Assembly (NCBI GenBank): GCA_964016885.1
Contig: OZ024748.1
Coordinates: forward strand, 44,330,001 to 44,394,000
DNA: 64,000 nt
Reading direction: 5' to 3'
From: Eledone cirrhosa
Taxonomy: Eukaryota
The notes under the pieces are model-generated. The model saw nothing but the letters and a program-made list of their open reading frames with translations. It was not told the DNA's origin and did no database searches. Position 1 is the stretch's first letter. Each line of letters starts with the position of its first letter. The position numbers and the translations under genes were made by a program. This document shows positions 13,505 through 25,854 of this stretch, piece after piece.

Positions 13505-13837
13505 TGGAGGCACATGGCTTAGTGGTTAGAGCATTGGCCTTGCAATCGAAAGGTTGTGAGTTCAATTCTCAAACCGGGTGATGTGTTGTTTCCTTGAGCA
13601 AGATACTTTATTTTACATTGCTCCAGTTTACTCATCAGCTGTAGAAATGAGATGATAGGGACTGGGGTCCCTATCATTCCACTGCAAAGTGGTTGTGGAG
13701 GTGCCACGGCAAAAAAGCACCCAGCATTCACTGTAAATGAGGTTGGTGTTAGGAAGGGCATCCAGCTGTAGAAATCAAGCCAGAATCAGTTCCCGTCCCA
13801 CCCTTGCAAGAAGGGAAAAGCGGACGTAAAATGATGA
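13505..13837 (+). mobile_element. tRNA-head CORE-like SINE (SINE-A), RTE-X tail
   Basis: TGGCTTAGTGG A box, GAGTTCAATTC B box, CCTTGAGCAAGA.ACTT core, tail CCCACCCTTGCAAG.AGGGAAAAGCGGACGTAAAATGATGAT; flanked by (TA)n. Confidence 0.9.
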
Positions 13838-13849
13838 TATACATATATA

Positions 13850-14212
13850 TCATCATCTTCATCACCGTTTTATGTCCGTTTTATGTCCTGTTGTGCGCAG
13901 TGTCCGGTCGGCTGATCTTGTCTTGCTCACATGGGAACTGATTCTGGCTTGATTCCTACAGCTGGATGCCCTTCCTAGCACCAACCTCATTTACAATGAG
14001 TGCTGGGTGCTTTTTTCCGTGGCACCTCCACGACCACTTTGCAGTGGAATGATAGGGACCCCAGTCCCTATCATCTCATTTCTACAGCTGAGTAAACTGG
14101 AGCAATGTCAAATAAAGTGTCTTGCTCAAGGAAACAACACATCACCCGGTCTGAGAATTGAACTCACAACCTTTCGATTGCAAGCCCAATGCTCTAACCA
14201 CTAAGCCATGCG
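13850..14212 (-). mobile_element. SINE-A copy, inverted, alternative tail
   Basis: Reverse complement of 13510-13790, with a different 3' segment that it shares with 57760-57860. Confidence 0.9.
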
Positions 14213-14222
14213 CATATATATA

Positions 14223-14662
14223 TGTAATGAAGGGTATTAGTAGTGGTTGTTAGATGAAATAACAAGAATAGCTGATTTACTTTATATATAAAAAGGTTTA
14301 CTTCACTTCAGTCAAAAGAACAATAAACATATTACCACGAGTTGCGAAGGTTGACAGTGTTATTTTGTTGTTGGTTTATGAGGCTGCTGTAGTCTGCGAC
14401 CAGGAGAGAGAGAGTAATGGTCTGTAGACCTCTGTGGCCTGTAGTAGGCGGTGAATCTTTACATAGCTTGGCTATAGAGTACGGCTCTGATCTCTCTGTG
14501 TAAAACGTGGGTAAATATAGGCTTTATATTACCTGTCGCTTTCTGTCTCCCACCTTGAGGGGTCGCCCACGCATAAACCTGTCCACACCGAAAAGGATGG
14601 CGACCTAGAATTTGACTTCTAGGTGTCACCCAAGGTTCAAGGCGTGGACAGATTTCACTACA
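14223..14662. mobile_element. Probable solo LTR (440 bp) in (TA)n
   Basis: Begins TGTAATGAA and ends TTCACTACA (TG..CA with an 8/9 inverted terminal match); unique complex interior; TA repeats on both sides. Confidence 0.65.
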
Positions 14663-14686
14663 TATATATATATATATGTGTGTGTA

Positions 14687-14802
<116 letters not shown>

Positions 14803-14916
14803 ATATATATATATACGATTAGCGACCTCTAGACTCACCTGATCAATGAAACAATTGTCAGTACTTGAAATAAAGCCCCTTATTTTACAGCCAACCATGT
14901 TACTCTTCATTCTTTC

Positions 14917-14995
<79 letters not shown>

Positions 14996-15252
14996 TATAT
15001 TATATTCCAAGTAAAAGGTATTGGTTGAGTCAGTAATTAACCAATGTTTCTACATGATATGCTCGCTGATAGTCGGACAACCAACATCGAATTCCATACT
15101 CTGCCAACGAACGTATCAAAAACAAAAACAAAATAACATTACACCTAAATACCTGTTAAATAATTGTTACACGACTTTGATGCCTTTGAAATGTGCATAA
15201 CAGGATGATGTAATAAACTGAAGATGTATATGTGACACCGGCTCTCTTCCTT

Positions 15253-15286
<34 letters not shown>

Positions 15287-16304
15287 ATAATAGATTATAT
15301 ATACTATTTATAAATATATACAGATACACACATTGTCACTCACATGCACATACACAATATGTTATGGTCAGAATATATATTATACATACATACAGACACA
15401 CACTTTACATGGAAATTAAATAAATATAATATATATACTCACACATAAATACATATATATATATACACATGCACACACACACACATATATATATCACACG
15501 CACATATATATATATCACACGCACATATATATATATCACACACACACATATATATATACATATATATACACACGTATAAAAAAACCCCCCAAAATTACTA
15601 GTTTAAAGTTGAACATGAGAGACTGAAGAATGTTGACAGTCTGTTGATGTTGTAGTACATGTGACTTGTCAATGGGGTTATTTTAAGACCCCTCCTATCT
15701 CTCTCTCTCTCACTCTCTCTCCCTCTCTCTGTACATACACACTCTCTCTCTCTCCCTCTCTCTGTGCACACTCTTTCTCTCTCTCTCCCTCTCTCTGTGC
15801 ACACTCTTTCTCTCTCTCTACCCTCACTCTTTCTCTCTCTACCCTCTTTCTTTCTCTCTCTCTACCCCCCTCTCTCTATCGCTCTCTCTACACTCTCTCT
15901 CTCTATCCTTCTTTTCTTTTTCTTAAACATATGCTCCCCCCCCCCACTCTCACCATTCCCCCCCAACAAAGAAAAACAACACTGAATGACTTGAGACAAA
16001 ATATAAATAAAAATATAATAATTGAACAAATAAAATATATGTTATATTTAAAAAAAAAGGTGGAGATGGTGTGAGGTGGGGTGGGGTTCGGGTAGGGTAC
16101 AGCTGGGGGTGGAGGTGGTATGGGGTGATATGAGATGAGGCTGAGGTGACAGGAGATGGGGGTTGTGTGGGTTGAAAATCTCCCTTTCATTATTATTTTT
16201 AAAAATAAAATAAATAGATGGATGAAATATAGTTAAATAAAAAAAATAATATAAGATGTCCCATCCATGTAAGTAGATGTAAAATGATAATATATATATA
16301 TATA

Positions 16305-16490
16305 TGGGCCTGTTATTTTTTTCCGATTCCGCCCTACCCGTCCCTTCAATCTTCCTAATTTCTCATTCTTTCTTCTGATGAAGGACTAGCGTCCAAAATG
16401 TTAAGACCCTCTTCCTGCTATATCAAGCGTTAACCTAATATATACCTTCCATATATTGTACCGATTGTGTTGTTATTTCTGTTTACCTTT

Positions 16491-16492
<2 letters not shown>
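16305..16492 (+). mobile_element. Penelope-like pLTR remnant with minimal hammerhead motif (16371-16406)
   Basis: TCTT-CTGATGA-AGGAC-TAGC-GTCC-aAAA-TG-TT-AAGA; homologous to 31255-31458; flanked by (TA)n. Confidence 0.7.
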
Positions 16493-16523
<31 letters not shown>

Positions 16524-16533
<10 letters not shown>

Positions 16534-16886
16534 AGATCAAAAGATGGTTAAAGGAGTTCCATGTATTTTATTATGCGCATTTCAAAAACAAACATCATCA
16601 TGCAATAATATTTGTGTTTTCATCAGATAAAACATGTTGACTTAAAACTGCACTATCCACAAGTGTTTTTTAGCCTTCATATCATGTCCTCCTGTTTTAT
16701 CTGATGAAAACACAAATATTATTGCATGATGATGTTTGTTTTTGAAATGCGCATAATAAAATACATGGAACTCCTTTAACCATCTTTTGATCTTATATAT
16801 TATGTATACTCCAGTCCTACAAACTGTAGAGTGCTTCTTATCCGATATCTGCATTGCTTTATTGTACTACAATAAAACTCACCTCC

Positions 16887-16890
<4 letters not shown>
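16524..16890 (+). mobile_element. Penelope-like pLTR remnant with 111-bp inverted duplication
   Basis: Arms at about 16524-16634 and 16693-16803 are exact reverse complements with a 58-bp spacer; a unique tail with AATAAA runs to 16890; (TA)n on both sides. Confidence 0.75.
16694..16762 (+). ncRNA. Type I hammerhead ribozyme motif
   Basis: Stem I GTTTTAT/ATAAAAT, CTGATGA 16701-16707, stem II ACAAATATTATT/GATGATGTTTGT, GAAA 16744-16747, palindromic TGCGCA, TA cleavage site. A mirror copy lies on the minus strand in the left arm. Confidence 0.75.
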
Positions 16891-16922
<32 letters not shown>

Positions 16923-17169
16923 GTCAACATTCTTTAGTCTCTCATGTTCAACTTTAAACTAGTAATTTTGGGTTTTTTATATGTGTGTATATATATATAT
17001 GTATTTATGTGTGAGTATATATATATTATATTTATTTATTTAATTTCCATGTAAAGTGTGTGTCTGTATGTATGTATAATATATATTCTGACCATAACAT
17101 ATTGTGTATGTGAGTGACAATGTGTGTATCTGTATATATTTATACATAGTATATATAATGTATTATTAT

Positions 17170-17269
<100 letters not shown>

Positions 17270-17344
17270 GAAGAGAGCCAGTATCACATATACATCTTCA
17301 GTTTATTACATCATCCTGTTATGCACATTTCAAAGACATCAAAG

Positions 17345-17520
17345 CTGCATATATTGTTCCACTGGGTCCAGTCAGAAGCAACCGTTACCAATTGATCCAA
17401 CTGGTTCCCAAGCAAGAGCAGCCTTGCTTGTGGGGCCTACCTTTGGGTCTCCTGCTGGTTGGTTTTGCCTGTAAAATATCTGTCCAGTGATTCTTTCCTG
17501 AGACATTCTAACCACATGCC
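17345..17520 (-). mobile_element. Degenerate RTE LINE 3' fragment (third family)
   Basis: Minus strand reads HVVRMSQERI..(frameshift)..PTSRRPKGRP; related to 42626-42802 and 48020-48330. Confidence 0.65.
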
Positions 17521-17542
17521 AGTAATAAAATAAATAAAATGT

Positions 17543-17574
<32 letters not shown>

Positions 17575-17578
17575 CATA

Positions 17579-18165
17579 TGGTGGCTGCCAACTCGTTTTC
17601 GAGTACGGCCATTACTTTATATCCATGTAGGAGAACCCCTACCGATGCGCTGAACGAGTGTGACTTTTTAGTCCAGCCAGCTACTTGAAAACTCTGGTAC
17701 AAACACTACACTTGTGACAATTATTGACACATAGTGCTGGGCCCATGGTACCATGTAACGACAAGTGCAGAGAGATCTCCAGATATAAAGCAATGCCTGT
17801 GCCGTGAAGCTTTTATAGTGAGCAAAGGCACTGCACAAAGCCAGTCCCACTCTCTTATCCAAGATGATATTTACCAAAAAGAATAACAAGTCAATATCAT
17901 TGGATACCATCAGGGTTGCAGGTGTTATATCAGAGTTTTCCTTGTCCTAGAATTCTGCCTTGACAAAGGCTAAGGGGTCATCTCTCCCGGTGATTTTGGA
18001 TGGCCATTGACTCTTAAGAGCTCCTTTGCCCTTTGACAGGTTTTGTTTTTAGTCCTGCAGGGTGTCCAAAGAAACCTTAGTGGGGTTGCCAGTTTAGTCG
18101 CCAACGACCCGACCATGAGACAGGTTGTACTGGGATACATGTTACCAGTAGCACCAACTTGACAT
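17579..18165 (-). mobile_element. Bipartite non-autonomous RTE-derived element, copy 1
   Basis: Reverse complement of 20314-20917; flanked by (TA)n. Confidence 0.75.
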
Positions 18166-18182
18166 AATATATGTATATATAC

Positions 18183-18272
<90 letters not shown>

Positions 18273-18379
18273 TTATTTATATATATATATGTATATATAT
18301 ATGTATGTATATGTATATATATGTATATATATATATTTATATATATATATATATGTATATATATGTATATATATATATT

Positions 18380-18460
<81 letters not shown>

Positions 18461-19556
18461 ATATATATTTATATATATAAATGCTATATATAATAAAAAT
18501 GATATGAAGTATATATATATAAAGGCTATATATAAAACAAAATAAAATAATAAAAATTTTTTTTTTTAATTGTCCTGGTGGAATGTAAATAGGAAAAAGG
18601 AGAAAAACAACAACAACAACAATATACTAACATTAAAAAAAATTCAATTCCTATGACTAATCAAGGAGCATACATATATATACACCATGTGTGTGTATAT
18701 ATATATACACCTTGCATATATATATAGACATATGCATGCACAACATACATACATAAATATATATATATACATACATAAATATATATATATATATACATAC
18801 ATACATACATATGAATATGTATGTTCTATGTGTACATGTATGTATGTCTGTGTGTGTGTATGTACGTGTATGTCTGTCTGTGTGTCTTCTACATTAGTAC
18901 AGTGACAAATATGAACAAATTAATAAAAATTATATAAGAATAAAAATTAAATTGGAAGAAAGAAAAAAGAGCAAGAAGCAAATTGTTGGTCAAATATATT
19001 ATTATAAACAGTGTCTCCCACCACCACCACCACCACCGCCACCACCACCACCACGACCATTACCACCACCACCACCATTACCACCGCCACCACCATCACC
19101 ACCATCATCTCAGAAGTTATATATTAAACCCCATTTAAAAAAAAAAAGAGGGACCCCCCCCCATCACCACCTCCTTATATAGAAGTATATATTAAACACC
19201 CCCACCACCTCCACACCAGAAGTTATATATTAAACACCTCTTCCACCACCACACCACCTTCTCATAGAAGTTATATATTAGTGGCCATCTAAAGAAAATG
19301 TTTTTTTTTTTGTGTGTTTGTTTTATTGTAGGTAGGAGGAATGATAAGAATGAGTAGGGACATACATTGTATAATTAAAGGGGGGGGGGAGAGCATTTGT
19401 CGACTTGTTAATAAATATTTCTCTTGTTTACTACATTAGAGATACCCCAATGGTAACAACTATCCATGTCTTTCCTGGCTTGTTCATTGTATAATGGCCA
19501 ACACGGGCTCTCTAACAAAGAAACCACCATCCACCTCCATCTTTGGACCTTTTGTT

Positions 19557-20105
19557 ATCAAACCATTCAAGCCCTTTACCCTGGTTCTATGATACCAAAC
19601 CATTTGAACCTCCCCCTGGTTCTATGATACCAAACCATTTGAACCTCTCCTTGGTTCTACAATACCAAACCATTTGAACCTCCCCCTGGTTCTATGATAC
19701 CAAACCATTCAAGCCCTTTACCCTGGTTCTATGATACCAAACCATTTGAACCTCCCCCTGGTTCTATGATACCAAACCATTTGAACCTCTCCTTGGTTCT
19801 ACAATACCAAACCATTTGAACCTCCCCCTGGTTCTATGATACCAAACCATTTGAACCTCCCCCTGGTTCTATGATACCAAACCATTTGAACCTCTCCTTG
19901 GTTCTACAATACCAAACTATTTGATCCTCCCCCTGGTTCTATGATACCAAACCATTTGAACCTCCCCCTGGTTCTATGATACCAAACCATTTGAACCTCT
20001 CCTTGGTTCTACAATACCAAACCATTTGAACCTCCCCCTTGGTTCTATGATACCAAACCACTTGAACTTGCCCTAGGTCTATGATACCAAACCATTTGAA
20101 ACCAC
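19557..20105. repeat. 35-bp minisatellite, about 16 copies
   Basis: Unit CCAAACCATTTGAACCTCCCCCTGGTTCTATGATA. Confidence 0.95.
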
Positions 20106-20112
20106 TCCTTGC

Positions 20113-20155
<43 letters not shown>

Positions 20156-20313
20156 ACACATATTTATATATAGGCCTGCAGAAGGAGGGGGTCTGCCAGG
20201 GTTTAAATGCCCAAGAAAGGCTGAATGCCAACACAGCACCCCTACGACTCTATCAGGAGTTACAGAACAAAACATACATATATATATGTGTATGTGTATA
20301 TATATATATATAT

Positions 20314-20917
20314 GTCAGGTCACCAGTTGGTGCTACTGGTAACATGTATCCCAGTACAACCTGTCTCATGGTCGGGTCGTTGGCGACTAAACTGGCAGCC
20401 CCACCAAGGTTTCTTGGTGAGGAGGGTGACTTTGGACATCCTGCAGGACTAAAAACAAAACCTGTCAAAGGGCAAAGGAGCTCTGAAGAGTCAATGGCCA
20501 TCCAAAATAACCGGGAGAGATGACCCCTTAGCCTTTGTCAAGGCAGAATTCTAGGAGAAGGAAAACTCTGATATAACACCTGCAACCCTGATGGTATCCA
20601 ATGATGTTGACTTGTTCTTCTTTTTGGTAAATATCATCTTGCTTAAGAGAGTGGGACTGGCTTTGTGCAGTGCCTTTGCTCACTATAAAAGCTTCACAGC
20701 ACAGGCATTGCTTTATATCTGGAGATCTCTCTGCACTTGTCGTCACATGGTACCATGGGCCCAGCACTATGTGTCAATAATTGTCACAGGTGTAGTGTTT
20801 GTACCAGAGTTTTCAAGTCGCTGGACTAAAAAGTCACACTCGTTCAGCGCACCGGTAGGGGTTCTCCTACATGGATATAAAGTAGTGGCCGTACTCGAAA
20901 ACGAGTTGGCAGCCACC
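20314..20917 (+). mobile_element. Bipartite non-autonomous RTE-derived element, copy 2
   Basis: The 5' half carries an RTE-5'UTR-like GGAGAAGGAAAACTCTGA. The 3' half encodes a C2H2-like CHRCSVCTRVFKS/AGLKSHTRSAHR* followed by the terminal hairpin GTGGCCGTACTCGAAAACGAGTTGGCAGCCAC. Confidence 0.72.
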
Positions 20918-20979
20918 ATATATATATGTGTGTGTGTGTGTCTGTATATATAGGGAAAAGCGGATGTAAAATGATGATG

Positions 20980-21010
<31 letters not shown>

Positions 21011-21840
21011 TATAATGGCTATCATTAAGATAGACTTATCAACCACTGTTATTTTCTTTCCTTTATAAAATATATGTTTGAGAGGAGAGTCTTGATAGAC
21101 AATATGTGTATAGTGTTGTTGTTGTTGGCGTTGTAGTTGTTGTTGTTACTGTTGTTATTACTATTGTTGTTGTTGGTGGTGTTATTATTGTAGTTGTTGT
21201 TGCTGTGCATTCTGATTAATACTACTTTCCCCTCCTTCTCATCTCTCTTCCACCTCTCTCTACCATTGTCTAACGTACCCCCCACCCCCACCTCTGGTGT
21301 TCTGCCACCCTTACCCCTCTTGTCCTATCATCCCCAAACCCCTTCTACTTCCCCTGGTGTTCTGCCACCCCTACCCCTCTTGTCCTATCACCTTCTCCTC
21401 CCCCTACTCGCCTCTTGTCCTATTATCCCCTACTCGCCTCTTGTCCTATCACCCCTACTCCCTTTTCCTGCCCCCCCCCTGTCCTATCACCCTACTACCC
21501 CCTTTGTCCTATCACTCCCACTCCCCCCTTTTTCCTATCACCCCCACTCACCCTTGTCTTCCCTCTTCCCCCTGTCCTCCCAGTCACCTACCCCCTGTCA
21601 CTGGCTACCCCCACCCTGTCCCCCTCTCTACCCCCTGTCCCCACCCGATCACCCTCTACCCCCTGTCCCCACCCGGTCACCCTCTACCCCCTGTCCTCCC
21701 CACCCCACCACAGTTTAATTAACACTCTCTAAGACATGACTCTGTCTTGCTTGAGGAAAGCTATGAAAACCCTTTAACCGACTTTCAACAGGTGAGGGTG
21801 GGGGGGGGTGGGGGTGGTCAGGTAGGAAGGAGTTATTACC

Positions 21841-22237
21841 TGTGGTGGTGGTGGTAGTAGTAGCTGTAGTAGGTATAGTGGTAGTAGTAGTAGTGGTAGT
21901 AGTTGTATTAATAGTAGTAGTAGCAGTGGTAGTAGTAGTGGTGGTAAAGGTGTAATAGTAGTAGTAGTAATAATAGTAGCTGTAGTGGTATTTGTAGTAG
22001 TAGTAAAAATAGTAGCTGTAGTGGTATTAGTAGTGGTGGTGGTAGTAGTAAAAATAGTAGTAGTAGTAATGGTGGTAGTAGTAAAGTTGTAGTAGTTTAG
22101 TGGTAGTGATGGTGGTAGTAGAAAAGGTGTAGTAGTAACAGCAGCAGTAGTAGTAGTATCAGTAAAAGCAGTAGTAGTAGTAATAGTATCAGTAGTAGCA
22201 GTAGCAGTAATAGTAGTTGTAGTAGTAGTAGCAGTAG
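21841..22237. repeat. Degenerate (GTA)n/(GTG)n tract
   Basis: Direct inspection. Confidence 0.9.
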
Positions 22238-22294
22238 AAAAAGAAGTGAACTAGAGTGTAGGAGGAACATTTGAAAGCAGAAGATAGAAAAGTC

Positions 22295-22675
22295 TAATAA
22301 TTGTTTCTATTTTAGGCACAAGGCCAGCAATTACCAGTGCATTACTGGTACTTTATTTTATCGACCCCGTAAGGATGAAAGTCAAAGTCAAGCTTGGCGG
22401 GATTTGAACTCAGATCTTAAAGGGACGTAACTATGCTGGAAAGCATGGCGTCCGACCCTCTACCGATACTGCCAATCCACCGCCCTTAGAAAAGTCTAAT
22501 AATTGTTTATACTTTAGGCACAAGGCTAGCAAATACCCAGTGCATTACTGGTACTTTATTTTATCGACTTTGTAAGGATGAAAGGCAAAGCTAACCTCGG
22601 CGGGATTTGAACTCAGAATGTAAAGGGACGTAACTCTATGCTACAGGCATGTTGTCCGACGCTCTACCGATTCTG
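22295..22675 (-). mobile_element. Two tandem Meta-type SINE copies
   Basis: Each has GGATTTGAACTC (reverse B box) and CTGGTACTTTATTTTATCGAC; TAGAAAAGTCTAATAATT is repeated at 22285 and 22487. Confidence 0.85.
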
Positions 22676-22813
22676 AACAACAACTGCGGTATAGCCGCTG
22701 CAAAGGGAGGCTACTTTGTAAGAACTGCGGGGAAAAATAAAAACAGGTGTCTCTGGAAGAAAAAATAAGGGCAGTTTAGTTTGGGATTGATGAGCCCTTA
22801 ATTCTTGTCACTC

Positions 22814-23060
22814 TGTGGTGGTGATGATGATGGTGGTGGTTGTGATAGTGGTGGTGATGGTGGTTGTAATGGTGATGGTTGTGGTGGTGATGATTCTGGT
22901 GGTGGTGATTGTGGTGGTGGTGATGGTGATGGTTGTGGTGGTGATGGTTGTGGTGGTTGTGGTGGCAATAGTGATGGTGATGGTGGTGATGGTTGTTGTG
23001 GTTGTAGTGGTGGTGGTGGTAGTGGTGATGTTATTGGTGGTGGTGATGGCGGCAGTGGTA
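22814..23060. repeat. (GGT)n/(GAT)n low-complexity tract
   Basis: Direct inspection. Confidence 0.9.
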
Positions 23061-23336
23061 GTTTTAGCAGTCTGCCAACATGTCGTTGAGCTGGAGCTGG
23101 CTAAGAACAAAGTCTAGTTTTCCTGTTAGCTATTACTATTATTATTATTACTACTACTACTACTACTACTACTATTATTATTATTATTACTACTACTACT
23201 ACTAGTACTATTATTACAGATTGTGTTGTGTTTTGATAGCAGTTGTGTCGCTGCTAATACACAGATCACAACTTAGAAGACAGGAAAGTGAAACATTTGG
23301 GTTGAGATTTGTACGTCTGTCTTTACCATGAAGTTA

Positions 23337-23504
23337 CTGTATTTCCTGGCGTCAAAGACACTACCTTTTCCCTTAAAATAAGTCTCAAAAATCTACCATG
23401 AGTCCTGGTGGCTGAAGGTTGTTTATGTTTTTTTTCAAATTTTTGGTTGTCAAAATTAGGGAGCATCCCCAAGGGCGAAGCTTCTTCGGCACCGAAACAT
23501 ACGG
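23337..23504. mobile_element. Tc1/mariner-pogo-type MITE
   Basis: TA|CTGTATTT...AACATACGG|TA termini; second copy at 48334-48501. Confidence 0.75.
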
Positions 23505-23524
23505 TATATTTTATTAATAAGGGC

Positions 23525-23720
23525 AATGGATAGGTAGAATTGTTAGTGTGTCAGATGAGATATATTACAGTATTTTGTTAGGGGCCCCTCTACATTGTAG
23601 TTTCAAATCCTACTGAGGTCAACCTTGCCTTTCATCCATCTGGGGGTCAATAAAATACAGTAACAGTCCAGTACAAAACATGTCCTTTTGGCCTTGTCTG
23701 GCTTCCAATTCTAGAGAATA
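23525..23720 (+). mobile_element. Old Meta-type SINE
   Basis: GTTTCAAATCC B-box remnant, then GAGGTCAACCTTGCCTTTCATCC..GGGGTCAATAAAA. Confidence 0.65.
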
Positions 23721-23851
23721 ATAGATTTAACTGTCATCATCATCATTGTCATCACCATGTAATGTCTATTTCTTCATGTTAGCATGGGTTAGACGAGTTG
23801 TGAGACAAGCCAGATCAGATAACTGTGTCTTGCTCCCACAGAACTGTTTCT

Positions 23852-23886
<35 letters not shown>

Positions 23887-23965
23887 ATGATGATGATGAT
23901 ATATATATATATACCATCATCATCATCATCATCATCACCGTTTTGCGTCCATTTTTCCACGCTAG

Positions 23966-24039
<74 letters not shown>

Positions 24040-24171
24040 CACATATATATGTTGATCCCGAGAACATTATTCCTAGACTTAATATTTCACCTGACATTCC
24101 TGATGATTTCATATGAATGAAACAGTTCTAGTCCATATATATATCATCATCATCATCATATATATATATAT

Positions 24172-24360
24172 CATCATCATTTTACGTCTGCTTTTCCCTG
24201 CTTGCAAGGGTGGGACGGGTCTTATTCAGCACAGCATCTCTCCACTTGTCACGGTCCTTCGTCATCTCCACCGTGTTCTTCAGCGATCGGAGGTCTGTTC
24301 TTACCACCTCCGCCCATGTTTTTCGTGGTCTACCTCTACCACGTCTTCCTTCAACTGGCA
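24172..24360 (-). mobile_element. RTE LINE family X, short 3' fragment
   Basis: VEGRRGRGRPRKTW..TKDRDKWR..PTLASREKQT*, then an (ATG)n tail. Confidence 0.88.
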
Positions 24361-24538
24361 TTATATATATAGATGGCTTCTTGACCACCATCTCAGTTTG
24401 TTTGGCCTTTATAACCTATGTTTATTGCTCTGGTCTTTTTTTAGTCCATGGAGCCCTTGCCAGCATAACTCGGATATTGCGTTTCGCTTTGTTTTCGACC
24501 ACTGCCGAAATTCGATCTCGCTGAAATTATATTTATTT

Positions 24539-25378
24539 ATCATCATCATCATCATCATCGTTTAACGTCCATCTTCCACGCTTGCATGGGTTTGGACAGG
24601 AGTTTTCCCACTTGAGGCAAGAGTGGTTGTCTTGCTCGCATAGGACTGTCTGGCGTGTTTTCTACGGCTGGATGCCCTTCCTAATACCAACCACATTTAC
24701 AGTGTGGACTGGGAGGTTTTTACCGTGTTACCTACACGGCCACATTACAGCGTGGACTGTGTTTTTTTGTCGTGACACCTACATGACCTTATTTGTTTCG
24801 GACTGGATGTTGTGGTACCAACATAACTTTACATTGAAAGGGGTGGTGTGGATGTAGTGGGTCGGGGGTGTATTTTTGTTAGAGGTGCCTACTGACTGTA
24901 GTAGGTTTCACTTTGCACTTAGGTAAGGCGGGTCTTCTGTATTACTGTGTAGCGCCAAAGATCTCGGTCCAGTGACATTGTCTTGGAGAGTTGTAAGTGT
25001 GTAAGGTCGGAATTTATCAAGTCGTCCTAGGTTTTTCTGGGTCTGCCTACTCCGTGGCAACCGTCTATTTTTATTGCCCTGCACTTTTTTATACAGCTGT
25101 CGTCTTTCATGCGCATCACGTGACCATACCAACGTAGTCTTCTCTTGAGTAAACAACATCTGATCCCTCTTATTTCTAATTTTTCCCTTAGTTCGTTTAT
25201 GCTTTGCCGTTCACGTATATTCCTATTACACATCCAGCGGAGCATGCAAGCTTCGTTCCTCTCCAGTCTGCGTATATCCTCTGCACACAATGCCCAGGTC
25301 TCACTGCCATGTAACATTGCTGTTCGTATGCAGGCATCATACAGCCTGCCTTTCATTTTTAGGGAGAACCCTTTAGCG
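24539..25378 (-). mobile_element. RTE LINE family Y, 5'-truncated
   Basis: ORF 25027-25356 (AMLHGSETW, LRWYGHVMRM, GRPRKT), 3'UTR and (ATG)n tail; 5' end abuts (TA)n. Confidence 0.92.
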
Positions 25379-25379
25379 G

Positions 25380-25411
<32 letters not shown>

Positions 25412-25854
25412 ACACATAAATATATGTGTGTATATATATAAATATGTAAGCATGTATATGTGTGTGTGTGTGTATGTGTATATATGTGTGCATGTGTATA
25501 TATGTGTATACACTTTATCTACTCTCAATGTGCGTATATATTTTATACTGATCTAGTTAAGCACATTTGCATATTGCCTCACTAAACCTTCTCAACTGCT
25601 TTATGATGATGATGATGATGATGATGGTGTTGGTGTTGGTGATGGTAATGTGATGGTGATGGTGACGTGTTGATGGCGTTGGTTGTGTTGATGTGTTGAT
25701 GGTGATGGTTATGGTGATGATACATCGTCCCAAAGTTTATAATAAGATATCTCGGTATTCTTAGAATGTTTGTCATATCATATCACAAGCTGTTTCTAAA
25801 TCACAACAATATCACTCTTACTCTTCTTCTTTCTTTGCTTTTTTTCCCTTTCTT

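Noticed and set aside
13505-13580. tRNA gene
   Set aside because: A and B boxes are present but there is no complete cloverleaf; it is the head of a multi-copy SINE.
13519-13761. Recurrent 79-aa ORF MPFLTPTSFTV... as a gene family
   Set aside because: Antisense frame of SINE-A; conservation reflects copy youth only.
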